Shown: positions 9,489 through 17,308 of the stretch, piece by piece
Numbering within the stretch: the stretch's first letter is position 1
How the letters are laid out: each line of letters begins with the position of its first letter
DNA from: a virus
Lineage: Duplodnaviria; Caudoviricetes
Direction: 5' to 3' (one strand)
Length of the DNA: 54,258 nt
IMG/VR virus record: IMGVR_UViG_3300027963_000096
Coordinates: 1-54,258 of that record
The notes under the pieces: model-generated
The model's database searches: none
Told to the model about the DNA's origin: nothing
Seen by the model: only the letters and a program-made list of their open reading frames with translations
Program-made: the position numbers and the translations under genes

Positions 9489-9682
9489 GCTGCCTCCGCG
9501 AACGCGAGCAGGGCTGCGGCCAGCTCCTTGGCCTGAGCGGGCGTCAGAACCACGCTCGCGCTGGCCGTGGGCACCGCAATGTTCAGCCAGACATCGTCCC
9601 GTCCGTTGGGCGTATCCCAGTTCGCGTAAACATCCACGCTTACACGGGTGCCGCGCTCTGTGGTGATTGTGGTGGGTTCCAT
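9485..9682 (-). CDS. Hypothetical early protein (65 aa, MEPTTITTERG...)
   Basis: AGGAG RBS before the ATG at 9682, preferred over the longer track start. Confidence 0.65.
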   Translation of the reverse strand: MEPTTITTERGTRVSVDVYANWDTPNGRDDVWLNIAVPTASASVVLTPAQAKELAAALLAFAEAA

Positions 9683-9731
9683 GGTGATCTCCTGTGTGGG
9701 TGTGTGGGAGGGGGCCGAGGCCCCCTGTGGT

Positions 9732-9914
9732 TTAAGAGACGATGCGTTTGATGTAGCTGGTATCGCAGACTCCGCCGTCCACGATCTTGCCATTTTTCAG
9801 CGGGTAGACCAATTTGACATTGAAGCCGTCAATCTGGGCGATGGTGTAGACATGGGCGTCCGGCTCGTCAACAACGACTACGCGCATACCGACAGACAGT
9901 TCTTTAGGGTTCAT
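9732..9914 (-). CDS. Small beta-rich (SH3/KOW-like) hypothetical protein
   Basis: ELSVGMRVVV pattern; AAGGA RBS; follows an AT-rich promoter-like gap. Confidence 0.55.
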   Translation of the reverse strand: MNPKELSVGMRVVVVDEPDAHVYTIAQIDGFNVKLVYPLKNGKIVDGGVCDTSYIKRIVS

Positions 9915-9934
9915 GATATTTCCTTAGTGTGTAT

Positions 9935-10015
9935 ACGTTGGTCGGAAGTAACCAACGCCTTTATTGTAACTTCAAATTACAGTAAAAACCGCTTTTGAAA
10001 AAATAAATCGTAGGT
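9935..10015 (-). promoter_or_regulatory. AT-rich putative leftward promoter region
   Basis: AT-rich intergenic island in a GC-rich genome; TACAAT -10-like hexamer at 9963-9968 on the minus strand; TGTAA-N7-TTACA inverted repeat. Confidence 0.4.
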
Positions 10016-10023
10016 GTTTACCC

Positions 10024-10278
10024 TTAGTGCTCGGTTGGCCGCCTCCAGCGGTTGCGGATCGTCTCGCCCAGCTTCTCGATGTCCACGCAGTTGTCGGCCA
10101 GCTCCGCGCAGGCCTCGTTCTCGATGGCGATGGCGTGCTTGGTGGTCTGGATGGCCACGGTCATCATCTCCGCCTTGGCCAGCGCCAGCGCCTCGTCAAA
10201 CTCTTGCTGGGTGAAAAACTTCACGTGGTCGTTGGTGCCCAGCAGTTGCCGGGCGAGGGGGCTCAGTTCTTTCTGCAT
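10024..10278 (-). CDS. Hypothetical protein (84 aa)
   Basis: AGGAG RBS; co-oriented chain. Confidence 0.65.
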   Translation of the reverse strand: MQKELSPLARQLLGTNDHVKFFTQQEFDEALALAKAEMMTVAIQTTKHAIAIENEACAELADNCVDIEKLGETIRNRWRRPTEH

Positions 10279-10281
10279 CGT

Positions 10282-10518
10282 CTACTCCTGTGATTGGCCC
10301 ATGACACGGGTCTCCATGACCTTGTTCGCGCGCTTCAGACCCGCGTTCTCGGCCTTGAGCTCCTCCACCTTAGTGGTCAGGAACGTCAGCCGAGCCTCGG
10401 CCTGCTTGATCCAGTCCGCGACCTCGGCAGGCATGCGCCACTCCATGACGGAGTCTGTGGGGGCCACAATGGCCGTTTTGACGCGTTTGGCGGCTGGTTT
10501 GGGGGTGGTGGTGCTCAT
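10282..10518 (-). CDS. Coiled-coil hypothetical protein (78 aa, MSTTTPKP...)
   Basis: GGAGG RBS and ATGA overlap at 10515-10518; heptad VEELKAENAGLK. Confidence 0.65.
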   Translation of the reverse strand: MSTTTPKPAAKRVKTAIVAPTDSVMEWRMPAEVADWIKQAEARLTFLTTKVEELKAENAGLKRANKVMETRVMGQSQE

Positions 10519-10679
10519 TGGGCCTCCAGCTCGTCCAGAGCCTGCTCCAGCTCGTGCTGGGCGTCCACCAGCTCGCCCAGCAGCTTCGCGTCGGGGTGGT
10601 CCTCGATGTAGGCCAAGCGTTCGCGCTCGGCCCACGCTAGGTGCTGCCGTTCGGCGGCGGTCAGGGGGCGGATGTTCAT
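10515..10679 (-). CDS. Small hypothetical protein (54 aa, MNIRPLTAAE...)
   Basis: Hand-translated; AGGAG RBS; ATGA coupling to the next gene. Confidence 0.6.
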   Translation of the reverse strand: MNIRPLTAAERQHLAWAERERLAYIEDHPDAKLLGELVDAQHELEQALDELEAQ

Positions 10680-10719
10680 GGTCGTCTCCTAAAAGTGGCC
10701 CCCAAGGGGGCCGGGTTGG

Positions 10720-11586
10720 TTATGCGAATGAGTGCTCGTACTTGGCCACGAACTCGTCGGCCACCTTGTCCAGCTTCAGCGCGGCCATGCTGTCGGCCAG
10801 CGTCCAGAGCGCCTTGTTGAGCTTGACGTTCTCGTTGACGCCGCCCACCGCGCGCGTGGTGGTGCGGCGGCCAGTGGAGCTGCGTCCGGGAATGCCGCCC
10901 TTGAGCATGTTCTCCTGCACGCGGTTGAACGTGGTCCACAGGTCACCCTTGATGTCCTCACGGCGATGGGCGGCCAGCAGCCGGTTGGCCGTGACCGGGG
11001 CGGTGTCACCCCAGCGCAGTTGCATGGCCGCCGTGGCGAACGCGCGCTGCTCGTCTTGGCCCAGCTCGATGCCCTTGTACTCGTCGATGCGGTAGCCGAT
11101 CTGCTTGGCGTCCTCCAGCACCCGGGTGGCGCCCTCGATGACGTCGTCCACCACGGTGCCACTGTGACGCACGCGGATGTTGTTGAACATGTCACCGGCG
11201 ATCAGGCCGTTGCTGCACACGAACCGGAACACGCCCGACATGATCTGGTAGCTGCTGCTGCCGTCGTGGGAGTTGAGCAGGATGATCTCGGGCACCTCGT
11301 CCTTGGTGCTGATCTGGCTTGCGTGACGCATGCGCACCATGTGCTTGGTGTGCTCGCGCTTGCCTGCGTCGCGCACCTTGGTCTGGCGAATCTCGTAGGG
11401 CTCGAAGCCCTCACCGCGCAGGGCGTCGATCACTTGGATCGTGGGGATGAAGCTGTAGCGCTCGCCACGGCTCTCGTGGGCGGCGTCGGCCATCACGCTG
11501 GGGGCGTGGTAGGCGATCTGTGCGTTGGACAGGGGCAGTTGCGAACGGAACTCGGACTGCTTGGTGGAGGATGCGTAACGGATCAT
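10720..11586 (-). CDS. DUF932/DUF945 family protein (plasmid YubP-like)
   Basis: APSV.A..AHESR.ERY.FIPT...LRGEGF.P...KREHTKHMVRMR...EIILLNSHDGSSSYQ...FRFVCSNGL...DLWTTFNRVQEN. Confidence 0.9.
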   Translation of the reverse strand: MIRYASSTKQSEFRSQLPLSNAQIAYHAPSVMADAAHESRGERYSFIPTIQVIDALRGEGFEPYEIRQTKVRDAGKREHTKHMVRMRHASQISTKDEVPEIILLNSHDGSSSYQIMSGVFRFVCSNGLIAGDMFNNIRVRHSGTVVDDVIEGATRVLEDAKQIGYRIDEYKGIELGQDEQRAFATAAMQLRWGDTAPVTANRLLAAHRREDIKGDLWTTFNRVQENMLKGGIPGRSSTGRRTTTRAVGGVNENVKLNKALWTLADSMAALKLDKVADEFVAKYEHSFA

Positions 11587-11627
11587 GATGAGGTCTTTCA
11601 AAAGATGCCCCCGAGGGGGCGGGGGGT

Positions 11628-11921
11628 TTAGCGGGAGGTAACGCGCACCGAGATGCAGGAGGTGTTCTTGGTGTAGGCATCGTAGATGGCCGCACCATCG
11701 GGGCCTTGGTCCTTGATGAAGAAGTCCTTGTCGAACACCTTACGGTCCATGTCCACCAAGGTGGCCATGAAGAAGTTGCCCTCGTGGGACTCACCCGTCT
11801 TCTTGATCGCCGCCTTAATCGCATCAGCCTCAGCCGTGAGGTCCGCGATCTGTGCGAGCAGCATGCCCAAGCGGTCCACAGAGCCTTCGTTCAATTCCAC
11901 CACCAGTTTTGCTTTAGCCAT
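11628..11921 (-). CDS. Hypothetical early protein (97 aa)
   Basis: GGAG RBS; first gene after the putative promoter at about 11980. Confidence 0.7.
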   Translation of the reverse strand: MAKAKLVVELNEGSVDRLGMLLAQIADLTAEADAIKAAIKKTGESHEGNFFMATLVDMDRKVFDKDFFIKDQGPDGAAIYDAYTKNTSCISVRVTSR

Positions 11922-11978
11922 TTTTTACTCCAATGTGTTTGTGTTGAGAAGTACCGCAGTGTTTGCTGCGATGGAAGA

Positions 11979-12001
11979 AGTATACAACGATTTTGTTGTT
12001 G
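11979..12001 (-). promoter_or_regulatory. Putative promoter -10 (TATACT) abutting the operator-like palindrome ACAAC-N6-GTTGT
   Basis: The 18-mer ACAACGATTTTGTTGTTG (11984-12001) is identical to 16457-16474. Confidence 0.55.
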
Positions 12002-12004
12002 TAC

Positions 12005-12185
12005 GAGTCTTTTGCAAATATTTTCAAATTATTTTTTATCTGTTGTTTTTTGCAGACAATGCCTTCAATTACTTCAAACTGCCGTGCTTCATGCTTCAAC
12101 CCCTAAAGGGGTGTTGAAGCAGTTGAAGCAGTTTGCCGTGATTCTGAAGCGCTTCTGAAGCTACTTGAAGCAGTTGAAGCACGCT
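12005..12185. repeat. Iteron-like (T)TGAAGC(A) array in inverted arrangement plus AT-rich tract; putative replication origin
   Basis: Four CTTCA units left of and six TGAAG units right of a central CCCTAAAGGG hairpin (12101-12110); AT-rich at 12010-12050; downstream of primase-helicase. Confidence 0.6.
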
Positions 12186-12216
12186 GTTTTTTACACGTAT
12201 GTAAAACATTACGCGC

Positions 12217-12582
12217 TCACGTCATACCTAAGTCTATGCTCCCGTCGTCGTGTTCGTACAAGTAACCTTTTGTAATGAGCGCCCTCACGGCCCTCATCGC
12301 ATTGCCTTTGCGACGGTCCCGCGTGCCCCCAAGGGGTTCCGGGAAGAGCTCTTTGACCATCTCGGCGGCCTGATCCAAGCTGTCATAGGCCACGGGGCAG
12401 CAGGTCAAGGCATCTAAAACCCGAGCCTCTTGTGGGTTTAGTTTTGTCGTGTTGATCCACTTGCCGCGCTCTTCTGTGGGCTCCGGCTGCGTCATCAGCG
12501 CCCGCAGGTTGCTGAGGTCTTGGGACACCACTGCGAGCAGGCGCAGGGCGGTATCGAGGCGTTGCAGGTTGTCTTCGGTCAT
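12217..12582 (-). CDS. Winged-helix-like protein paralogous to the C-terminus of the primase-helicase
   Basis: RDRRKGNAMRAVRALITKGYL aligns with RDQRKGNANRDIDALIEDGFL of the upstream gene. Confidence 0.7.
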   Translation of the reverse strand: MTEDNLQRLDTALRLLAVVSQDLSNLRALMTQPEPTEERGKWINTTKLNPQEARVLDALTCCPVAYDSLDQAAEMVKELFPEPLGGTRDRRKGNAMRAVRALITKGYLYEHDDGSIDLGMT

Positions 12583-14669
12583 GGTGTATCTCCGTTGGTT
12601 GGTTTGGTTGGTAAACTGATCTGCCCGGCCTCGTTTTGCAGCAGGAAGCCGTCCTCGATCAGCGCGTCTATGTCCCTGTTCGCGTTGCCCTTGCGCTGGT
12701 CGCGCTTGTCCACGTCGCCCCGTGGGTACTGCTCCCAGAGCAGGGCCACCAGCTCGTTCCTAGTGATGCTGCCGTCCACCGCGATCACCCCGGAGGCCGT
12801 TTCCAGCACCAGCTTCTTCTTCGCCCCCTTGGGGCCCTTGACCACGGCCACGGTGGCTCTGGTGCTGTCGGTGGCCACCACCACGCAGGTGGTCTCCTCA
12901 TCGCCGTCGTCGTCCTTGCCCACGCCGATGCTTTCCAGCCGGAAGCCGTACTCGCCGCCGTCGGCCCCGCCCTTCATCTTGGTGACGGTGGCCACGCGGT
13001 CTTCGTCGGCCCGGATGATCTCGAACTCAAAGTCAGCAGCCGCACGCAGCCCGGACCAGCCCCGAGCACCCCGTGACTCGTCCTTGCCGCTGTGGTGGAT
13101 CAGGATGACCATGGCGCCCGTGAGACGCGTGATCTCGCGGCAGTAGGCCAGCACCTTGCCCATGTCCTCGCCGCTGTTCTCGTTGCCCCCGGCCATGACC
13201 TGCGCCAGCGTGTCGATGACAACGATGTCGAACCGGCCCTTGGCGCGCATCTGCTTGATCACGGCCTTGACGTCGGGGGCCTCGAGGAAGTTTGGTGCCT
13301 CGTCGATAAACTCCATGGGCAGGTCTTTGGGGTCGATGCCAGCGTGCATGCAGTAGGCCTGCACGCGCTTGCGCATGTCCTCCTGACCCTCAGCAGCCAC
13401 CCAGCAAATCTTGGCGCCCAGCAGCTTCAAATTGCGCCACACATTGTGCTTGAGCTCCTTGCCCTGCTCCAGCGCCTCTTCGATCTGCTTGGCCGTGACG
13501 GCGCGCGCAACGGCGGCCATCAGGTCCAAGACGAAGAACGACTTGCCCGAGCCGGAAGCCCCGTAGATCACGCCCAGCGTGGCGTTGGGCACCAGCCCCT
13601 TCACGATCCAGCTCGCTTTCTGGCGCTTGACGAACTCGGTGGTGTCCTTGAGCCGAAACCTGTCCTCCCGCTGCGCGGTTGCCTCCTTCACCTCTGCCTC
13701 GGCAGCGACCACCTCGGGGTCTGCGGAGACGTCGTCGAAGCCGGAGAGCAGGTCGGCCTTGGTCTTTGCCTTGGGCTTGGCCTTCTGGCAGTGCTCGACC
13801 CATAGGTACTGCAGCGCGCGGTCGGGGTCCTGCTTGCGGTGGGCCATGGCCACGTCCATGGCGTGGTCGTTGGCGGCCAGTATCGACAGCACCATGGCGT
13901 CGTCGTACCCGGCACCGTAGAGCTGGACGCCTGCGGCGTGCAGGATGCCGGAGCGGTCCTCGGCTGCCTGTGGCCCGTGCAGCAGGAACTCCATCACCGG
14001 CGCGGACAGGTCCAGCTCGGACACATCGGGGATGGCGATCTCGTTGTACAGCTCAGGCATCTCCAGCGGGATGACGTTGGCCGTGGGCACGCTGGACTTG
14101 CGGTGGGTGGTGAACAGGGCCTGCAAGGCCCCGGGCGTGGCCTGCGCCATGGGCTTGGCCAGCTTGGTGTGGCCGGTGATGGTCAGGAAGCGCGGCGTGT
14201 GTCCGCTGTAGACCTCGATGCCCACGTCGTGGTTGTTCCAGTCGGTGTGGAAGTCGCCGTGGGCCAGTATGCGCAGCCCGTTGCCGCTGGGGCTGATCTC
14301 GGTGTAGCTGGCCATGACGTCGACGATCTCGCGGGCCCACGGCGCGATGTGGCCGTCCTTGCGGCAGTTGTCCAGATCAATGCCCACCACGCCCTTGACG
14401 TCGGTGAGCACGAACCCGAGCCCGGCGTAGCGCGTCGGGTTCAGCGCCAGCGTGGTGGCCGCGGTCTCGTAGTCACCCCAGTCGGGGACCTTCTTGGTGG
14501 AGAGCCCGTAGTGCTGGGCGTTGTAGGGTATCTTGTCGTACTTCTGTCGGGCCTCGTTCCAGACCGCCTTCCAGACCGCCCAGCGGCGCATGGCCTTGAG
14601 CTCCGGCGGGATGTTGGCGCCGTTGAAGACCTTGCCGATTGGGGGAAGGTCGGGTGTTGGTTGTGACAT
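12579..14669 (-). CDS. Primase-polymerase (AEP, NrS-1-like) fused to AAA_25/RepA-like helicase
   Basis: W.VWK...KIPY...GLGFVL...GIDLD.C...YTEISPSGNGLR...EVY...RFLTITG; Walker A GASGSGKS; VVIDT; HHSGKD..RG.S. Confidence 0.9.
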   Translation of the reverse strand: MSQPTPDLPPIGKVFNGANIPPELKAMRRWAVWKAVWNEARQKYDKIPYNAQHYGLSTKKVPDWGDYETAATTLALNPTRYAGLGFVLTDVKGVVGIDLDNCRKDGHIAPWAREIVDVMASYTEISPSGNGLRILAHGDFHTDWNNHDVGIEVYSGHTPRFLTITGHTKLAKPMAQATPGALQALFTTHRKSSVPTANVIPLEMPELYNEIAIPDVSELDLSAPVMEFLLHGPQAAEDRSGILHAAGVQLYGAGYDDAMVLSILAANDHAMDVAMAHRKQDPDRALQYLWVEHCQKAKPKAKTKADLLSGFDDVSADPEVVAAEAEVKEATAQREDRFRLKDTTEFVKRQKASWIVKGLVPNATLGVIYGASGSGKSFFVLDLMAAVARAVTAKQIEEALEQGKELKHNVWRNLKLLGAKICWVAAEGQEDMRKRVQAYCMHAGIDPKDLPMEFIDEAPNFLEAPDVKAVIKQMRAKGRFDIVVIDTLAQVMAGGNENSGEDMGKVLAYCREITRLTGAMVILIHHSGKDESRGARGWSGLRAAADFEFEIIRADEDRVATVTKMKGGADGGEYGFRLESIGVGKDDDGDEETTCVVVATDSTRATVAVVKGPKGAKKKLVLETASGVIAVDGSITRNELVALLWEQYPRGDVDKRDQRKGNANRDIDALIEDGFLLQNEAGQISLPTKPTNGDTP

Positions 14670-14756
14670 TACTTATCCATGTGCTATCCGGATGAAGGAA
14701 CGTCGGCGGGCGTGGATAAGGCGCGTTCAGGCGTGGGATCAGCACGCCCTAGCCGG
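14670..14756 (-). promoter_or_regulatory. Putative structured 5' leader of the primase gene
   Basis: Stems CGGC/GCCG, GGCGTG/CACGCC and GCG/CGC; loop CTTATCCA is complementary to TGGATAAG just before the ATG. Confidence 0.45.
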
Positions 14757-14773
14757 GTTCGGGTCGCAGTCTA

Positions 14774-14995
14774 TCAGATGCCAGCGGTCAGCAGCGCGGC
14801 CAGCTTGGGGTCCACCAGCACGGACCGGCTGATGCCGGTGGCCTGCTCGATGGCCACGGCCTGCTTGGGCGGCACGTAGCCCCGGCGCAGCCACGAGCTG
14901 ATGTTCTGCTGGCTGCAGCCCAGCAGCTCGGCCAGCTTGGCCTGACTGCCTGCGGCGCGGATGGCCTGCTCGATGCCCGACATGGTGGCGCTCAT
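14774..14995 (-). CDS. Cro-like (YdaS-type) HTH regulator
   Basis: AIRAAGSQAKLAELLGCSQQNISSW...VPP..AVAIEQATG. Confidence 0.85.
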   Translation of the reverse strand: MSATMSGIEQAIRAAGSQAKLAELLGCSQQNISSWLRRGYVPPKQAVAIEQATGISRSVLVDPKLAALLTAGI

Positions 14996-15252
14996 GACGT
15001 CACCGGCGTGATCAGCCGAGGGGACTGGGCGTGGGAGCGCACGTAGCGGGCATAGGCGCCCGAGCGCGGCTGGTCCATGAACACCCGCTCCGACAGGTCC
15101 TTGGGCGTCAGGAACAGCTCGGGGTACTCCTCACGCAGCTCCTTGATGTAGGCCTCCAGCGGCGCGTTGGCTGCCACCGGGTAGTCCTTCTTGTCGCCGG
15201 TGATCACGCGGCTTAGGTCGCGCAGCCTTTGTTTTTGTAAATCGTTGAACAT
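14992..15252 (-). CDS. Hypothetical protein (86 aa)
   Basis: Coupled gene chain (ATGA overlap). Confidence 0.65.
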   Translation of the reverse strand: MFNDLQKQRLRDLSRVITGDKKDYPVAANAPLEAYIKELREEYPELFLTPKDLSERVFMDQPRSGAYARYVRSHAQSPRLITPVTS

Positions 15253-15253
15253 T

Positions 15254-15469
15254 TTAAAATCCTTTACTCTTGATGTGTTGATGGTCGTTGGCTCCGGGGC
15301 GTCCGGATGTCATCTGCTCTGGCCGGTATTCGGGGCGCTCCCACAGGCTCATGGCCGGTGAGGGCGTAGGTGGCGGCGTAGTGCGTGTCGGGTCAACTTC
15401 AGCAAGCAGCTTTCGCAGTTCCCGCGCTTTGCGCTCTGCGGCCCAGTCTCTGACTCGTACTCTAGTCAT
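15254..15469 (-). CDS. Hypothetical protein (71 aa)
   Basis: ATGA overlap; C-terminal RPGA.DH..I.S.G pattern seen in small phage proteins. Confidence 0.65.
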   Translation of the reverse strand: MTRVRVRDWAAERKARELRKLLAEVDPTRTTPPPTPSPAMSLWERPEYRPEQMTSGRPGANDHQHIKSKGF

Positions 15470-15771
15470 GTTGCCCTCATTTTGTTTTCAACGATGCCCG
15501 TTGTTTTGATTGGTGGTTCCATTTGCTGTGGCGGTGTGCAAGTGTGTATCGTTGTTGGGTCGGGTGTGCGCTTACCGCAGCGGGGGCAGAAATTGTGAGG
15601 CTCCTGCTCTGGCTGTGCCAAGACTTCTTTGATGGCGGTGATGGCTTGCTCACGCTTTGCGGCGTCTTGCTTATGCTCAACCTTGTAGTGCGCTTCTTCC
15701 AGCGCCTCAAGCGCCAGCTTCAATGCTTCTTTGTCTTGCGCCATCCGGCGCTTGCTATCAAATCCTGTCAT
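15466..15771 (-). CDS. Hypothetical protein with KLALEALE helix and CPRCG...HTC zinc-knuckle-like motif
   Basis: Start at ATG 15771 by ATGA overlap; FCPRCGKR...IHTCTPP. Confidence 0.65.
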   Translation of the reverse strand: MTGFDSKRRMAQDKEALKLALEALEEAHYKVEHKQDAAKREQAITAIKEVLAQPEQEPHNFCPRCGKRTPDPTTIHTCTPPQQMEPPIKTTGIVENKMRAT

Positions 15772-15899
15772 GATTTTGCCCACCAGTACCCAAGGCACAT
15801 CATGCCAAAGCTAAAGATGCCAATGAGGGCAAGCATCGTCCACACGCCGGTGACAAACATTAGCCACAGCGGGGGGTTCTCTATTTCTTTGTCGTTCAT
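15768..15899 (-). CDS. Small single-TM protein (43 aa, MNDKEIENPPLWLMFV...)
   Basis: Hand-translated; ATGA overlaps at both ends; hydrophobic stretch. Confidence 0.55.
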   Translation of the reverse strand: MNDKEIENPPLWLMFVTGVWTMLALIGIFSFGMMCLGYWWAKS

Positions 15900-15988
15900 T
15901 TCCAAATTCTCCACGATGATTTAATGGACTGGATGACCGTCCAGCCTTTACGGCGGAACATGCAATACAGGTGGTACAGGCTCATCAT
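15896..15988 (-). CDS. Very small ORF (30 aa, MMSLYHLYCMFRRKGW...)
   Basis: Hand-translated; exactly bridges its neighbours with ATGA overlaps; GGAG upstream. Confidence 0.45.
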   Translation of the reverse strand: MMSLYHLYCMFRRKGWTVIQSIKSSWRIWK

Positions 15989-16329
15989 TTTGCATCTCCA
16001 GCAGCGGCCTTTTCGGCGCGCTTCTTGGCGTAATACTTCCGGGCGTAGGCCGCGCGCTGCAGGCGGCGCTTGGCCTCCTTCTCCACGTCGGCGCGGGAGA
16101 TGACGACAGGGCGCGTGGGGTCCATCCGGGACATGAATTGATTTTGCAGTGACTGCAGTCGGCCTTCCTGTTCGGCGGAGGCAAGGCTCAGGTTGTTGAG
16201 CCGTTTGACATGCACCGCATTCTCAGCGTTCAGGATGTTGAGCCTATCGGTGAGCGCGCTCAATACGTTGACGTTCTTGGTGTGCAACGCTTCCAGCTCG
16301 GCGATGCGTTTGTAGGGGTTCCAGTTCAT
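15985..16329 (-). CDS. Coiled-coil/basic hypothetical protein (114 aa)
   Basis: AAGGA RBS; first gene of the leftward operon. Confidence 0.7.
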   Translation of the reverse strand: MNWNPYKRIAELEALHTKNVNVLSALTDRLNILNAENAVHVKRLNNLSLASAEQEGRLQSLQNQFMSRMDPTRPVVISRADVEKEAKRRLQRAAYARKYYAKKRAEKAAAGDAK

Positions 16330-16373
16330 GTGTATATCCTTGGTTTACGACAGCAAGAGCGCTGCCGAAGCGG

Positions 16374-16474
16374 ATAGTACAACATCTTTTTGTATTTCAC
16401 AACATATTTTTTATAAAGTTACAGCAGACCGCAAAAAGTGTGTATGATTGCGCTCAACAACGATTTTGTTGTTG
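16374..16474. promoter_or_regulatory. Divergent promoter region with operator-like palindromes
   Basis: Leftward TTGTGA-N17-TACTAT (16402-16374); rightward TATGAT (16443-16448); TACAA-N7-TTGTA (16378-16394); CAACAAC-N6-GTTGTTG (16455-16474). Confidence 0.65.
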
Positions 16475-16494
16475 CTTAACTGGAGTACACACAC

Positions 16495-16896
16495 ATGAGT
16501 CTCGAAGACAAGATCGGGGAGCTGACCGCAGCGGTCAACGCCCTCACCGCCGCACTGGCGCACCTTTCCACACCCACCATGTTGACGGGCGTCAAACCGT
16601 GGGTAAGCGAAGTCATCCCCGTTCCCGAGAAGGCCAAGGCCGAGGTGGCGCCCCCAAAGTCGCCACCTACACAAAAGCCAGTCGAACATACGAGAGTGCT
16701 CTCGACGAGCCCTGCCTCGGGGACGAGCGCTACTACGCTAACGATTGACTATGCCCAAGTGGCCAAGGCCATCACGGACACCTTCAAGGTGGACCGGGCC
16801 AAGACCATAGAGACGCTGGCCAAGTTCGGCGCGCAGAAGGGTCCCCAGCTCAAGCCTGAAGACTACGCGGCCTTCCTGAAGGAGCTGACATCATGA
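16495..16896 (+). CDS. Hypothetical protein typical of the first gene of DUF2800/DUF2815/PolA modules
   Basis: MSLE..I.ELTAAV N-terminal helix, Pro/Thr linker, C-terminal LAKFGA....LKPEDY; GGAG RBS. Confidence 0.75.
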   Translation: MSLEDKIGELTAAVNALTAALAHLSTPTMLTGVKPWVSEVIPVPEKAKAEVAPPKSPPTQKPVEHTRVLSTSPASGTSATTLTIDYAQVAKAITDTFKVDRAKTIETLAKFGAQKGPQLKPEDYAAFLKELTS

Positions 16897-17123
16897 GCAC
16901 CAACGACAAAGGCGGCCCAGCATTCCCCCTGCACCCAGATATGGCGAGTCAGTTAGGTTGCATACCCAGCGCATCAGACGCAGGCATGAGCCTGCGTGAT
17001 TACTTTGCCGCTAAGGCGATGCAAAGCCTGATAGTTGTTTACAGCGACGATAAAAACCTTGTGGGTGATTACGCGCAACGCGCTTTTGAAATAGCAGACG
17101 CAATGTTGGAGGCACGCAAATGA
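16893..17123 (+). CDS. Conserved small phage protein (GGPAFP...GMSLRDYFAAKAMQ family)
   Basis: Recognisable motif; ATGA coupling. Confidence 0.8.
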   Translation: MSTNDKGGPAFPLHPDMASQLGCIPSASDAGMSLRDYFAAKAMQSLIVVYSDDKNLVGDYAQRAFEIADAMLEARK

Positions 17124-17308
17124 GCACCGTAATCCTGACCCTTACCGACCACCCGGACGATCCCAACGTGGTGAACATCAAGTGGGACGTGACCGGCGAC
17201 GAGGGCAGCACCAGCCCCGCCAAGGCGCTGGCGCAGCACCTCATCGAGCACCTTGAGTCAATCCGCAGCACCACCGACGAGGTGACCGACGTGGAGCCCA
17301 AGGAATGA
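17120..17308 (+). CDS. Hypothetical protein (62 aa)
   Basis: ATGA overlaps on both sides; GGAGG RBS. Confidence 0.65.
   Translation: MSTVILTLTDHPDDPNVVNIKWDVTGDEGSTSPAKALAQHLIEHLESIRSTTDEVTDVEPKE

Noticed and set aside
12060-12185. Possible CRISPR array
   Set aside because: Units are only 6-9 bp with no unique spacers; the Cas4-like DUF2800 gene is a standard phage replication nuclease.
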